Shown here: positions 20,324-28,927 of the stretch, one piece after another
How the letters are laid out: every line of letters starts with the position of its first letter
Position numbering within the stretch: position 1 is the first letter of the stretch
DNA from: Synechococcus sp. A15-28
GTDB lineage: Bacteria > Cyanobacteriota > Cyanobacteriia > PCC-6307 > Cyanobiaceae
NCBI RefSeq assembly: GCF_014280175.1
Contig: NZ_CP047931.1
Coordinates: forward strand, 1,530,001 to 1,562,000
Direction of reading: 5' to 3'
DNA: 32,000 bases
Program-made: the position numbers and the translations under genes
Notes under the pieces: model-generated
What the model saw: the letters and a program-made list of their open reading frames with translations, nothing else
Told to the model about the DNA's origin: nothing
The model's database searches: none

Positions 20324-20707
20324 TCAGTTCACACCCATTTTGATGTCGCGAAGGCGTTCATCGATGGAGGCCAGCAATTCGATCGCGAACATCGGGGCTT
20401 CCTGCACCGCAAACAGAAATTTCTCCCGCGTCATTTCAATCAAACGACAATCCTCCACTGCCGTTGCAGTGCCAAGACGCTCGTGATCACCCATCACCAG
20501 CGCCCCGGCCCCGAACACGTGCCCCACAGGAATGTCTTCATGTCCCTGGTTGCCTGCACTATCAGTCCAGGACAGACGGACGGATCCTTCGACAATGCCA
20601 TACATCGTCGAACCGACATCACCGGTTTTGAACAGAACGTCACCGCTGTTCAGAGACAACACCTCGCTCTTGCTGGCAAGGGCGCGCATGGTGTCAAGGG
20701 CATGCAT
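20324..20707 (-). CDS. Cyclic nucleotide-binding-domain (Crp/Fnr-like sensor domain) protein without an HTH
   Basis: 127 aa. [29 protein letters not shown]...[37 protein letters not shown]. Confidence 0.83.
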   Translation of the reverse strand: MHALDTMRALASKSEVLSLNSGDVLFKTGDVGSTMYGIVEGSVRLSWTDSAGNQGHEDIPVGHVFGAGALVMGDHERLGTATAVEDCRLIEMTREKFLFAVQEAPMFAIELLASIDERLRDIKMGVN

Positions 20708-20731
20708 CGGCTTAAGACGACTGGTGAAGGA

Positions 20732-21904
20732 TCAGGCCGTGGTCAGGGTCAACGCCGCACCGAATCCCTTACGCACCTCCTCAGGGGTCAGGCGCCCGTC
20801 GTGGTCGAGATCAAGGGCGTCAAACACGGCATCGCTACCGAGCCACTCATCGCGGGTGATGGATCCGTCGCCGTTCATGTCGTTGAGCATGAAGATCTCC
20901 TGAACGGCGTGACGGAAGGCTTCACCACCTTCCAGTTCAGCGAGACGATGAGCCAACTGATGCTCAAGGGTTTCAATCGCTTTGCTGAAGCCTTTGATGC
21001 CCTCGCCGAGCTTGTCTGTCGCCATACGGTCTTCCGCCATCATCGCGTCGAAGCGTTCGCGATCCACATGGATTTGTTCTTCACCACCGATGGGATTGGT
21101 CGCATCCAACTTCTGGCTTAAGGCTGCTTCGCTCTCGCGCAGCTGATCCAACAGCTTGGGGGAGATGGTCAGCAGATCGCAGCCCGCCAGTTCCGTGATC
21201 TCATCCAGGTTGCGGAAACTGGCACCCATCACCTCGGTTTTGTAGCCGTAGGTCTTGTAGTAATTGAAGATCCGAGTCACCGAGATCACACCGGGGTCTT
21301 CAGGACCGGGATAGGAATCACGACCCGTGTCGGCCTTGTACCAATCCAGGATGCGCCCGACAAAGGGAGAGATCAGGGTCACCCCCGCTTCAGCGCAGGC
21401 CACGGCCTGACCGAAACCGAACAGCAGTGTGAGGTTGCAGTGAATCCCTTCTTTCTCCAGCACCTCGGCCGCCTTGATTCCTTCCCAGGTGGACGCGATC
21501 TTGATCAGCACGCGGTCGTTGCTGATGCCAGCATCGTTGTAAAGGCGAATCAACTTGCGCCCCTTCTCGATCGTGGCGTCGGTATCAAAGCTCAGGCGTG
21601 CATCAACTTCAGTGGACACCCGGCGGGGAACGATCTTGAGAATTTCCTTACCGAAGATCACACTGATTTCGTCCAGGGCTTCATGCACCACGTCCTCAAC
21701 GTGAGCCTCACTGCCGATGAGCTTGCGTGAGGAGCGCAGCGCTTCATCTATCAGACTCTGATATGCAGGAATTTGTGCAGCGGCCAGGATCAGTGAGGGA
21801 TTGGTCGTCGCGTCGCGGGGGGTGAACTTACGGATTGCCTCAAGATCACCGGTGTCCGCCACCACGACGGTCATTGCGGAAAGCTGATCGAGCAGGGTTG
21901 CCAT
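20732..21904 (-). CDS. tal: Transaldolase with C-terminal EF-hand pair
   Basis: 390 aa. [44 protein letters not shown]..., [20 protein letters not shown]-terminal [13 protein letters not shown] and [13 protein letters not shown]. Confidence 0.96.
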   Translation of the reverse strand: MATLLDQLSAMTVVVADTGDLEAIRKFTPRDATTNPSLILAAAQIPAYQSLIDEALRSSRKLIGSEAHVEDVVHEALDEISVIFGKEILKIVPRRVSTEVDARLSFDTDATIEKGRKLIRLYNDAGISNDRVLIKIASTWEGIKAAEVLEKEGIHCNLTLLFGFGQAVACAEAGVTLISPFVGRILDWYKADTGRDSYPGPEDPGVISVTRIFNYYKTYGYKTEVMGASFRNLDEITELAGCDLLTISPKLLDQLRESEAALSQKLDATNPIGGEEQIHVDRERFDAMMAEDRMATDKLGEGIKGFSKAIETLEHQLAHRLAELEGGEAFRHAVQEIFMLNDMNGDGSITRDEWLGSDAVFDALDLDHDGRLTPEEVRKGFGAALTLTTA

Positions 21905-21953
21905 GGTGGGAACGGGACCTGTTATCGCAAACGTAGCTGCGATTTCACAGCCG

Positions 21954-23753
21954 TCAGCTCGTCATCGCCTTGTTCAATTCTGCAGGTTTTGAAGGGGTGA
22001 TTTTCTCCACGATCAGCAAGGCGTCGATGATCTGCTTGGCCACCGGAACGGCCACCGTGGATCCATAGGCATGGGCTCCCTGGGGCTCGTCGACCACCAC
22101 CAGAACCACATAGCGGGGATCTTCAACAGGCAGCGTCGCCACAAAACTGCAGATCTTGGCTCCAGGCAGATAAATCCCATTGAGTGCTTTCTGGGCCGTC
22201 CCGGTTTTGCCACCAATGCGATAGCCGGGTGTCTTCACACCTTTGCCGCTGCCCTTCTCCACCACGGATTCCATCCAGACCATCACCGTGCGGGTCACCT
22301 CAGGCGTCAACAGGGGTGTCCCGCCGGGTTCAGCGGCTGGCGCGAGTGCATCGCCGGAGCGAAACCCTCGGGTGATGTGGGGACTCACCAGACGGCCGCC
22401 ATTGGCCAATACCCCATGCAGCTGAACCAATTTCAACGGCGTGAGCGAGAACCCCTGACCGAAGGCGGTGGTGGCCGGCTCAATCGGGTGGGTGATGAAC
22501 TGCTCTTTCGTCTTGAGCTGACCCGCCACAGCCCCAGGAAGATCCGTGTCCGGACGACGATCAATTCCGAGACGATTCATCCAGTCCCAGTAGGTGTTGT
22601 TATCGAGGCGCCGCATCGCCTGCACCATTCCGACATTGCTGGACACCTGGAGGACCGTGGCGAAATCCACCAGACCATGGGCCTCCTTGTCGTGGTTGTT
22701 GATCGGCCACCCGCCGATGGTGAGCTGACCGACGTCGTTCACACGGTCCGTGGGACTGATTGCTTTCTCCTGGAGCGCCAGGGCCAGATTGATCGGCTTG
22801 AAGGTGGACCCGGGCTCGTAGAGATCCTGGACGGACCACTCCCGGAACCGAGCCGGTGAAAAGCGCCAGTAGCGATTGGGGTCATAGGTCGGCGTTGACG
22901 CCAGCACCAGCAGTTCGCCATTGGTGGCGTCCATGACGATGGCGGCTCCCTTCTTGGCCTTCCACTTGCCCACCTGGGCCGCCAGGGCTTTGACGGCGAG
23001 CTCCTGCAGCCGGGCATCGAGGGTGAGCTGCAGGCGCAGGTCATCCCCGTAGAACGCCCCTGGAGACAGATCATCAGGAAGTGGTGTTCCGTCCGCTCCG
23101 CGCCGGAGACGTCGGGACTGTTCATGCCTCAGCAGTTCACCGTTCCTGCTCTGCTCAAGGCCAGCCTGAGGAACCCGCTCGTCGTTGAGAAACCCGACGA
23201 CGTTGGCGAACAGATCCCCCTGGGGATAAACGCGCTGGGGATAGGCCTCCAGATCCAGACCACTAATCCCCAGAGAGCGGATCCGTTCAGCGGTCTCCGG
23301 ATCAAGTCCCTCCGCCAGCTTGACTCCGGAGCGTCGTTGCCCCAGCTCTTCGAGCAACTGCGGTGCCGGTTGAGCCAAAGGTGTCGCCAGCAGCTCAACC
23401 ACATCCTCTGGAGGCCGGACCAGATCAGGGGCATCACCTGGCAGGTTGAAATAACGCGGATGGGCCCATAGGCGAAAGCGGACCTCATCCATTGCCACCA
23501 AACGACCGGTGCGATCGACGATCGGACGGCGTTGCCCCAACGTTGCACTGGTCTGCGTCTGGAGACGGCGCGCTCTGGACTCCAACGCATCGGTCTGGAC
23601 CAATTGCAACCAAGCCATCCGACCGACCAGACCAACGAGGCCGGTGCAGAGGATCAGAAAAACGATCCAAAGTCTCCTGGTTGGGACCTTGGCGAGGGGG
23701 ACGACACGGGTGCGCGGTCGTTTCCGCGACGGTGAAGATGCACTCCGGGTCAT
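21954..23753 (-). CDS. ftsI: Penicillin-binding protein 2 / FtsI-type peptidoglycan transpeptidase
   Basis: Likely start at ATG 23753 ([16 protein letters not shown]..., 599 aa). [17 protein letters not shown] (SxxK) and [11 protein letters not shown] (KTG). TM segment [23 protein letters not shown]. Confidence 0.93.
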   Translation of the reverse strand: MTRSASSPSRKRPRTRVVPLAKVPTRRLWIVFLILCTGLVGLVGRMAWLQLVQTDALESRARRLQTQTSATLGQRRPIVDRTGRLVAMDEVRFRLWAHPRYFNLPGDAPDLVRPPEDVVELLATPLAQPAPQLLEELGQRRSGVKLAEGLDPETAERIRSLGISGLDLEAYPQRVYPQGDLFANVVGFLNDERVPQAGLEQSRNGELLRHEQSRRLRRGADGTPLPDDLSPGAFYGDDLRLQLTLDARLQELAVKALAAQVGKWKAKKGAAIVMDATNGELLVLASTPTYDPNRYWRFSPARFREWSVQDLYEPGSTFKPINLALALQEKAISPTDRVNDVGQLTIGGWPINNHDKEAHGLVDFATVLQVSSNVGMVQAMRRLDNNTYWDWMNRLGIDRRPDTDLPGAVAGQLKTKEQFITHPIEPATTAFGQGFSLTPLKLVQLHGVLANGGRLVSPHITRGFRSGDALAPAAEPGGTPLLTPEVTRTVMVWMESVVEKGSGKGVKTPGYRIGGKTGTAQKALNGIYLPGAKICSFVATLPVEDPRYVVLVVVDEPQGAHAYGSTVAVPVAKQIIDALLIVEKITPSKPAELNKAMTS

Positions 23754-24244
23754 CAGTAGCCCGGACGAATGCGAGGTTGCGTCAGTGCCTCCAGGGGCTG
23801 CATCAGCTCGGGTCGTGGTGAAACCACAGCGGACATGGGGTCTGGCTGCTCGAGATGAACCAGGTTGACCACCTTGGTGGGCACCAGGTCGTCGGATCGA
23901 TCCGTGCCTCTGAGCAGATGCTGCTCCAACACAGCAGTGGATTCCGTCAGGCGATGGGCCAGCACCCTTGTGGCATCCAGACGCTGGAAAGCCACGGTCC
24001 ACCGGTGCTGCCAGTGCAGGGTCAGACCCGCCAGGACGGCCAGTGCGGCAAACACCCCGAGAAGGCTGCCATCAGCCAGGCGATGCAGGCCTCCGATCAG
24101 TGGAGAGCGTCGGGCGATCCGTCCAGCGGACAGCGAGCCCTGGATCAACTCCAGAGCCGCTGTCGAAGAACGCTGATCCGGAGCGGCGACCACCGGAGAT
24201 GCAGGCGAATGTGCCAGTGAACCACTCGCACCTGGCCGCTGCAA
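23753..24244 (-). CDS. Hypothetical bitopic membrane protein directly upstream of ftsI, candidate FtsL-like
   Basis: 163 aa. One TM (GSLLGVFAALAVLAGLTLHW) followed by a potentially helical segment. Stop overlaps the ftsI start as ATGA. TTG start, so the true N-terminus is uncertain. Confidence 0.65.
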   Translation of the reverse strand: MQRPGASGSLAHSPASPVVAAPDQRSSTAALELIQGSLSAGRIARRSPLIGGLHRLADGSLLGVFAALAVLAGLTLHWQHRWTVAFQRLDATRVLAHRLTESTAVLEQHLLRGTDRSDDLVPTKVVNLVHLEQPDPMSAVVSPRPELMQPLEALTQPRIRPGY

Positions 24245-24247
24245 GGC

Positions 24248-25516
24248 TCACAGCAGAAGCAGGTTCACAAAGGTGACCGCATTCCAGAGGGAGTGCATCA
24301 ACACGCAAGGGAACAATCGGCCGCTGGCACAACGCACCAGGGCGAGTCCGATTCCCAGCACGGTGAGCGGGGCCAGCTCGCCGATGCTGATGTGTGCCAT
24401 ACCGAACAACAGGCCGCTGAGCACCACACCTGTTCCCCGTCCGGTCCGACGGGCCAGCACCGGCAGCAGCGTGCCGCGGAAGATCACCTCCTCGAACAGG
24501 GGAGCGAGCACCACCGCCGTCAACGCCAGCAGGGAGAGCGCCAGCGGATCACGACTCTCCAGCACCATTTCCAACAGTGGATTGCTGCCCCCTGGATCGC
24601 CAAAAAGCCGCACCAGCAACCAGCCGGTGAAGACGACGATCGGGGTGACCTTGAACCATCCCACAAGCGCGGTGAGACAAGCTCCCGGCAGCGGCTGCCA
24701 CCGCCATTGCAACCATCCCCCGTATGGCACCGTTTCCTCGGGCAGGCTCGCCAGCTGACGACGCAGGATCAGAAGACTGGGCAAGGCCATCGCGCTGTAG
24801 TTGATGACCACGCCCACCGCTTCCCTGCGTGGACTGTCCAAGGCAGCGGTCAACCGGGTAACCAGGGGCACGACCAGCAGCGGAACGCCGACCGCACTGA
24901 TCACAACAAACCCACCAGCCACCAGCAGGGCCATGTCCAGCAGGGTGAGATTGGGACCCATCAAATCCGGCCAGCTCTCACGACGGCCACGCCATATCCG
25001 CCAGCCCTGCACCAGCAACAGGGCCGTTCCCATGACAGTCGTGACCAGGGGGAGAGTTGCACTGACCGCCAGACGCAGGGCAGCCCCTCGCGCCACGGCC
25101 AGATTGATGCAGTCGTCGCGGACTCCACCTCGGGCTTCGCAGAGCAGTTGCTCCAGCAGCGGATCGCCCGCCACCGCGATCGTTGATTCCGACGTCAACT
25201 CACCCTTCAGCAGCATCAGGAGTTGTGCCTGACGCCAGGAACGATCGGCGGCGGGGATGGGCTCCAAAGAGCCCAACAATGTGGTTCGCGGGTCCTCACC
25301 CCCCAGCAGGACGGAAGCCAAGGCGTCCGGCAAAGCCGGTTCGGCCAGCAGCTGAACTTCCTGCTGCTGAAGATTGAGGCTCGGTGCCACGGACGGCCGG
25401 GACAGGCTGTTCACCAGACCCGACATCCAGATCAAGGCAGCCACCAGCAGGGACAGAGCCCCGAGCAGAACTTTCCAAGACGGAACTGGGGCCTGGCGAT
25501 GGGAGCTGGGGGACAC
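24248..25516 (-). CDS. CPBP-family intramembrane glutamic endopeptidase (CAAX protease/bacteriocin-processing-like)
   Basis: APLFEEVIFRGTLLPVLARR and LLFGMAHISIG motifs, multiple TM segments. GTG start at 25516 is more plausible than the track start at 25678. Confidence 0.88.
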   Translation of the reverse strand: MSPSSHRQAPVPSWKVLLGALSLLVAALIWMSGLVNSLSRPSVAPSLNLQQQEVQLLAEPALPDALASVLLGGEDPRTTLLGSLEPIPAADRSWRQAQLLMLLKGELTSESTIAVAGDPLLEQLLCEARGGVRDDCINLAVARGAALRLAVSATLPLVTTVMGTALLLVQGWRIWRGRRESWPDLMGPNLTLLDMALLVAGGFVVISAVGVPLLVVPLVTRLTAALDSPRREAVGVVINYSAMALPSLLILRRQLASLPEETVPYGGWLQWRWQPLPGACLTALVGWFKVTPIVVFTGWLLVRLFGDPGGSNPLLEMVLESRDPLALSLLALTAVVLAPLFEEVIFRGTLLPVLARRTGRGTGVVLSGLLFGMAHISIGELAPLTVLGIGLALVRCASGRLFPCVLMHSLWNAVTFVNLLLL

Positions 25517-25592
25517 CAGGTGGGCTCGACTACACCCGATTGTCCCTCTGAAGGGCTTGCCCCATACGATGACCGCGCCTTGACGCCGAACG

Positions 25593-26921
25593 GTGACCCT
25601 CCGCATACTCCTGGTCCGCCACGGTCTGAGCAGCTTCAACAAGGAACGTCGCATCCAGGGGCGTGACGACCTCTCCAACTTGAGCGAGGAGGGACATGAT
25701 CAGGCCCGTCGCCTCGGCGCCAGCCTAGCTGAGGTGTCCTTCGACGCGATCTACAGCTCCCGGCTGCAACGGGCAGCTTCAACCACAGCCTCCCTGCTGG
25801 AGGGTCGCGGCGGCTCGGCACCCGCACCGTTGTTCGATGACGGTCTGCTGGAAGTGGACCTCGAGCCCTGGTCGGGGATGAGCATCGATGAACTCACCGA
25901 ACGCCACCCCGTTGATTTCGCCACCTGGAAACGCCAGCCCCTAGAGCTGGAACTGCAGCGGCGGGATGGCAGCAGCTATCGCCCGCTGGTGGAGCTCATG
26001 GATCAGGCCCGCACCTTCGTGAATGGCCTGATCGAACGTCACCCCGTTGACCAGGACAGCACGGTGCTGGTGGTGGCCCACAACGCCATTCTCCGCTGTC
26101 TGATGCTCACCCTGCTCGGTGAACCAGAGCACGGCTTCCGACGGCTCAGGGTCGACAACACCTCGCTGTCGATCTTCAACCTGAGGCCCGGAGTCGATCA
26201 GCCGCAGGTGCAGATCGAGTGTCTCAACAGCACCACCCATCTGCAGCCGCTGCCCGACAGAGGGAAGGCTGCCCGGCTGATCCTGGTGCGCCACGGCGAA
26301 ACGGACTGGAACAAGGCCGGCCGTTTTCAAGGACAGATCGACATCCCCCTGAATGACAATGGCCGCAGCCAGGCGGCAGCGGCGCGCGACTTCCTCCGCG
26401 ATGTCACCATCGATCGAGCCTGGAGCAGCACCCTCTCCAGACCGACCGAAACCGCCCAGATCATCCTCGAAGCCCATTCCGAGGTGCCTCTCGTCCAGAT
26501 CGACGGCCTGGTGGAGATCGGCCACGGACTGTGGGAGGGCAAGTTCGAATCCGAGATCCGAGACGGTTGGTCCGACCTGCTCGACACATGGAAGCGTGCT
26601 CCCGAAACCGTGCAGATGCCAGAGGGCGAGACGATTCAGGACGTCTGGGCCCGCTCCGTGACCAGCTGGCAGGAGATCGCCAAAGGGCTGAAACCCGAGG
26701 AGACCGCCCTTGTGGTGGCCCACGACGCCGTCAACAAGACCATCCTCTGCGATCTGCTCGGCCTGACACCTGCAGACATCTGGGCGGTGAAACAAGGCAA
26801 CGGCGGGGTCACCGTGGTCGACATCAACCCGGATCCGAGCCAGCCTGCGGTGGTGACCTGCCTCAACCTCACGTCCCACTTCGGAAGTGTGATCGATCGG
26901 ACCGCCGCGGGCGCCCTCTGA
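25593..26921 (+). CDS. Histidine phosphatase / phosphoglycerate mutase family protein with two tandem domains
   Basis: 442 aa. Two separate catalytic signatures: LLVRHGLSSFNKERRIQGRDDLSNLSEEG and ILVRHGETDWNKAGRFQGQIDIPLNDNG. GTG start. Confidence 0.9.
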   Translation: MTLRILLVRHGLSSFNKERRIQGRDDLSNLSEEGHDQARRLGASLAEVSFDAIYSSRLQRAASTTASLLEGRGGSAPAPLFDDGLLEVDLEPWSGMSIDELTERHPVDFATWKRQPLELELQRRDGSSYRPLVELMDQARTFVNGLIERHPVDQDSTVLVVAHNAILRCLMLTLLGEPEHGFRRLRVDNTSLSIFNLRPGVDQPQVQIECLNSTTHLQPLPDRGKAARLILVRHGETDWNKAGRFQGQIDIPLNDNGRSQAAAARDFLRDVTIDRAWSSTLSRPTETAQIILEAHSEVPLVQIDGLVEIGHGLWEGKFESEIRDGWSDLLDTWKRAPETVQMPEGETIQDVWARSVTSWQEIAKGLKPEETALVVAHDAVNKTILCDLLGLTPADIWAVKQGNGGVTVVDINPDPSQPAVVTCLNLTSHFGSVIDRTAAGAL

Positions 26922-26924
26922 CCC

Positions 26925-28184
26925 ATGCACGACACCCTGCTGCTGGATCCGGTGCGGATCTTGCATGGCCCCGGTACGGAGCTACAGCAGGGTGCTGCCC
27001 TGATCGAATCAGGAGTCATCAGCGGATTCGATGACGAGGCCCGCACAGCAGCAGCACGGCTCGGCGTTCAAGCAACCGCAGCCCAACAGCAGCTGCTGGC
27101 TCCGTGCCTGGTGGACCCCCACACGGTTCTGCCCTCACCGATCAGCGGGCCAACGGAAACCATCCGAAGCCTGCGTCGTTGCGCTGCCGCCGGGGGATAT
27201 GGCCAGGTGGCACTGCTGCCGCGAGGGAAAAGCTGGCGGGACCTGCCGGAGCGCCTGATCGGCCTGCAGAACGCTGATCCATCCTCCGTTCACCTCCCCC
27301 TCTGGGGAAGCTTCAGCAAGGGAGGACGGGGAGAGGAGCTGGCTCCCCACGGCGATCTGCTGGAACACGGTGCGATCGGCCTGGCCGATGACGATGCCGT
27401 TGTCCCCTTGCCTCTGCTGGAGCGGGGTCTGCTGCTCGGCGAAATGGGATCCTGCCCCGTGCTGATCGCCCCCAGGGATCCAGTCCTCCAGGGGGATGGA
27501 GTAGCCCGGGAGGGAGTCGAGGCTTTACGGGCGGGCTGGGTCCCCGATCCACTGATCAGTGAACTGCAGCCCGTGCAACAGCTGCTGGCCCTGCAGCAAC
27601 GTCATCCGGAGCGGCAGCTGCGGTTGATGAACCTCTCCACAGCTGCCGCTGTGGACCTTCTCGGCCAAGCCGACCACCAGCTCAAGGCCAGTGTGTGTTG
27701 GTGGCATCTTCTGGTCGATGGCAGCATCCTCTCCAGCACGGATCCAGGCTGCCGCGTGCGTCCGTCCCTGGGCGGAGCCTCAGACCGACTGAGCCTGCGT
27801 TCGGCCCTGCAATCCGGCCTCATTCAGGCAGTTGCGGTTCATGCCGTCCCTCTGGACGAGGAAGACATGCTTCTCCCGGCAGATCAACGCCCTCCGGGCC
27901 TGAGCGGGCATCACCTCGTGCTGCCGGCCCTCTGGTCTGCCCTGGTGGATCAGGAAGGCCTCTCTATCGAATCCCTCTGGAAGCTGCTCAGTTTCGGTCC
28001 ATCCGCTTTTCTGGATCAACCGGCGGAGTCGCTGCGGCTCGGCAGCCGTCGTTGGCTGTTGTTCGACCCCGAGATCAGCTGGACTGTGCGTCGTGATGAT
28101 CCAGCCGCCCCGGCAGCCGCCAACCTCCCCTGGCTGGGCCAGACCATGCAGGGACGCGTGGTGGCCTGCGGCCTCAGTCGTTGA
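26925..28184 (+). CDS. Dihydroorotase-like (amidohydrolase) protein, possibly non-catalytic
   Basis: 419 aa. LLAPCLVDPHTVLPSPISGPTETIRSLRRCAAAGGYGQVALLPRG is a clear but degenerate DHOase N-terminal pattern. C-terminal ESLWKLLSFGPSAFLDQP...LRLGSRRWLLFDPE. Confidence 0.75.
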   Translation: MHDTLLLDPVRILHGPGTELQQGAALIESGVISGFDDEARTAAARLGVQATAAQQQLLAPCLVDPHTVLPSPISGPTETIRSLRRCAAAGGYGQVALLPRGKSWRDLPERLIGLQNADPSSVHLPLWGSFSKGGRGEELAPHGDLLEHGAIGLADDDAVVPLPLLERGLLLGEMGSCPVLIAPRDPVLQGDGVAREGVEALRAGWVPDPLISELQPVQQLLALQQRHPERQLRLMNLSTAAAVDLLGQADHQLKASVCWWHLLVDGSILSSTDPGCRVRPSLGGASDRLSLRSALQSGLIQAVAVHAVPLDEEDMLLPADQRPPGLSGHHLVLPALWSALVDQEGLSIESLWKLLSFGPSAFLDQPAESLRLGSRRWLLFDPEISWTVRRDDPAAPAAANLPWLGQTMQGRVVACGLSR

Positions 28185-28851
28185 GGACACCAAAACGGTT
28201 GAAGGGCCAGAAGCGGAACACGGCCCGGCCGATGATCTCCCGCTCCGGCAGAAAGGCACCCCCTGGCCAGAAACGTCCATCCCAGCTGTTACGGCGGTTG
28301 TCACCCAACACGAGCACCGACCCCTTTGGAACGGTGACGTTCAGGGTCCGGCAAGGACTCATTCCCTGTTGATTGACCAGGCAGGCCTGACCCACATAAG
28401 GCTCATCAAGGACCTCTGCATTGAGGGTGACCGAACCACTGGGGCTGACCTCAACGCGATCACCTCCAATGGCGATCACTCGCTTGATGTAAGCGTCGCA
28501 GGCGGGGTTCCCGAGTCCAGGGATCAGCCCAAGCAACGGCAGATTGACCAGGGCACAGCGCACTGCAGAGGGGCGCACTGGCGTCTTCAATGCCGGGTCA
28601 AAGGCATAGGGGGAGTTGAAAACAACGATCTCACCGCGCTCCGGGGAGCGGGATCGGTAGGTGAGCTTCTCCACCAGCAGCCGGTCCTGGATCTGAAGAC
28701 CAGGCAGCATTGATCCGGATGGGATGTACCGGGCTTCAACGAGGTACTGACGAATGCCCAGATACAGGGCAAACATGAAGACAATTGGTCCCCAGAAATC
28801 CCAGAAGGGATGTTGATTTCCCTCTTTTCTCTTTGAACGATCGCTTGCCAA
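28174..28851 (-). CDS. lepB: Signal peptidase I
   Basis: YIPSGSMLPGLQIQDRLLVEKLTYR (Ser motif), YIKRVIAIGGDRVEV (Lys motif), VLGDNRRNSWDGRFWPGGAFLPEREIIGRA. In-frame TTG at 28851 is a plausible start; the track start at 29019 overlaps the divergent gene. Confidence 0.93.
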   Translation of the reverse strand: MASDRSKRKEGNQHPFWDFWGPIVFMFALYLGIRQYLVEARYIPSGSMLPGLQIQDRLLVEKLTYRSRSPERGEIVVFNSPYAFDPALKTPVRPSAVRCALVNLPLLGLIPGLGNPACDAYIKRVIAIGGDRVEVSPSGSVTLNAEVLDEPYVGQACLVNQQGMSPCRTLNVTVPKGSVLVLGDNRRNSWDGRFWPGGAFLPEREIIGRAVFRFWPFNRFGVLND

Positions 28852-28927
28852 CGGGCCCTTTCCGGGGAAATCTGGCTCACGATAGAGGGCATGCTGAGCC
28901 TCTTCTCCTGAGGTCCTTGATCGGTCG

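Noticed and set aside
19464-20486. 340-aa plus-strand ORF opposite the photolyase
   Set aside because: Photolyase motifs are on the minus strand; the antisense ORF looks like a composition artefact.
25941-26966. 341-aa minus-strand ORF opposite the double phosphatase
   Set aside because: Contains no family motif; the plus strand carries two intact catalytic signatures.
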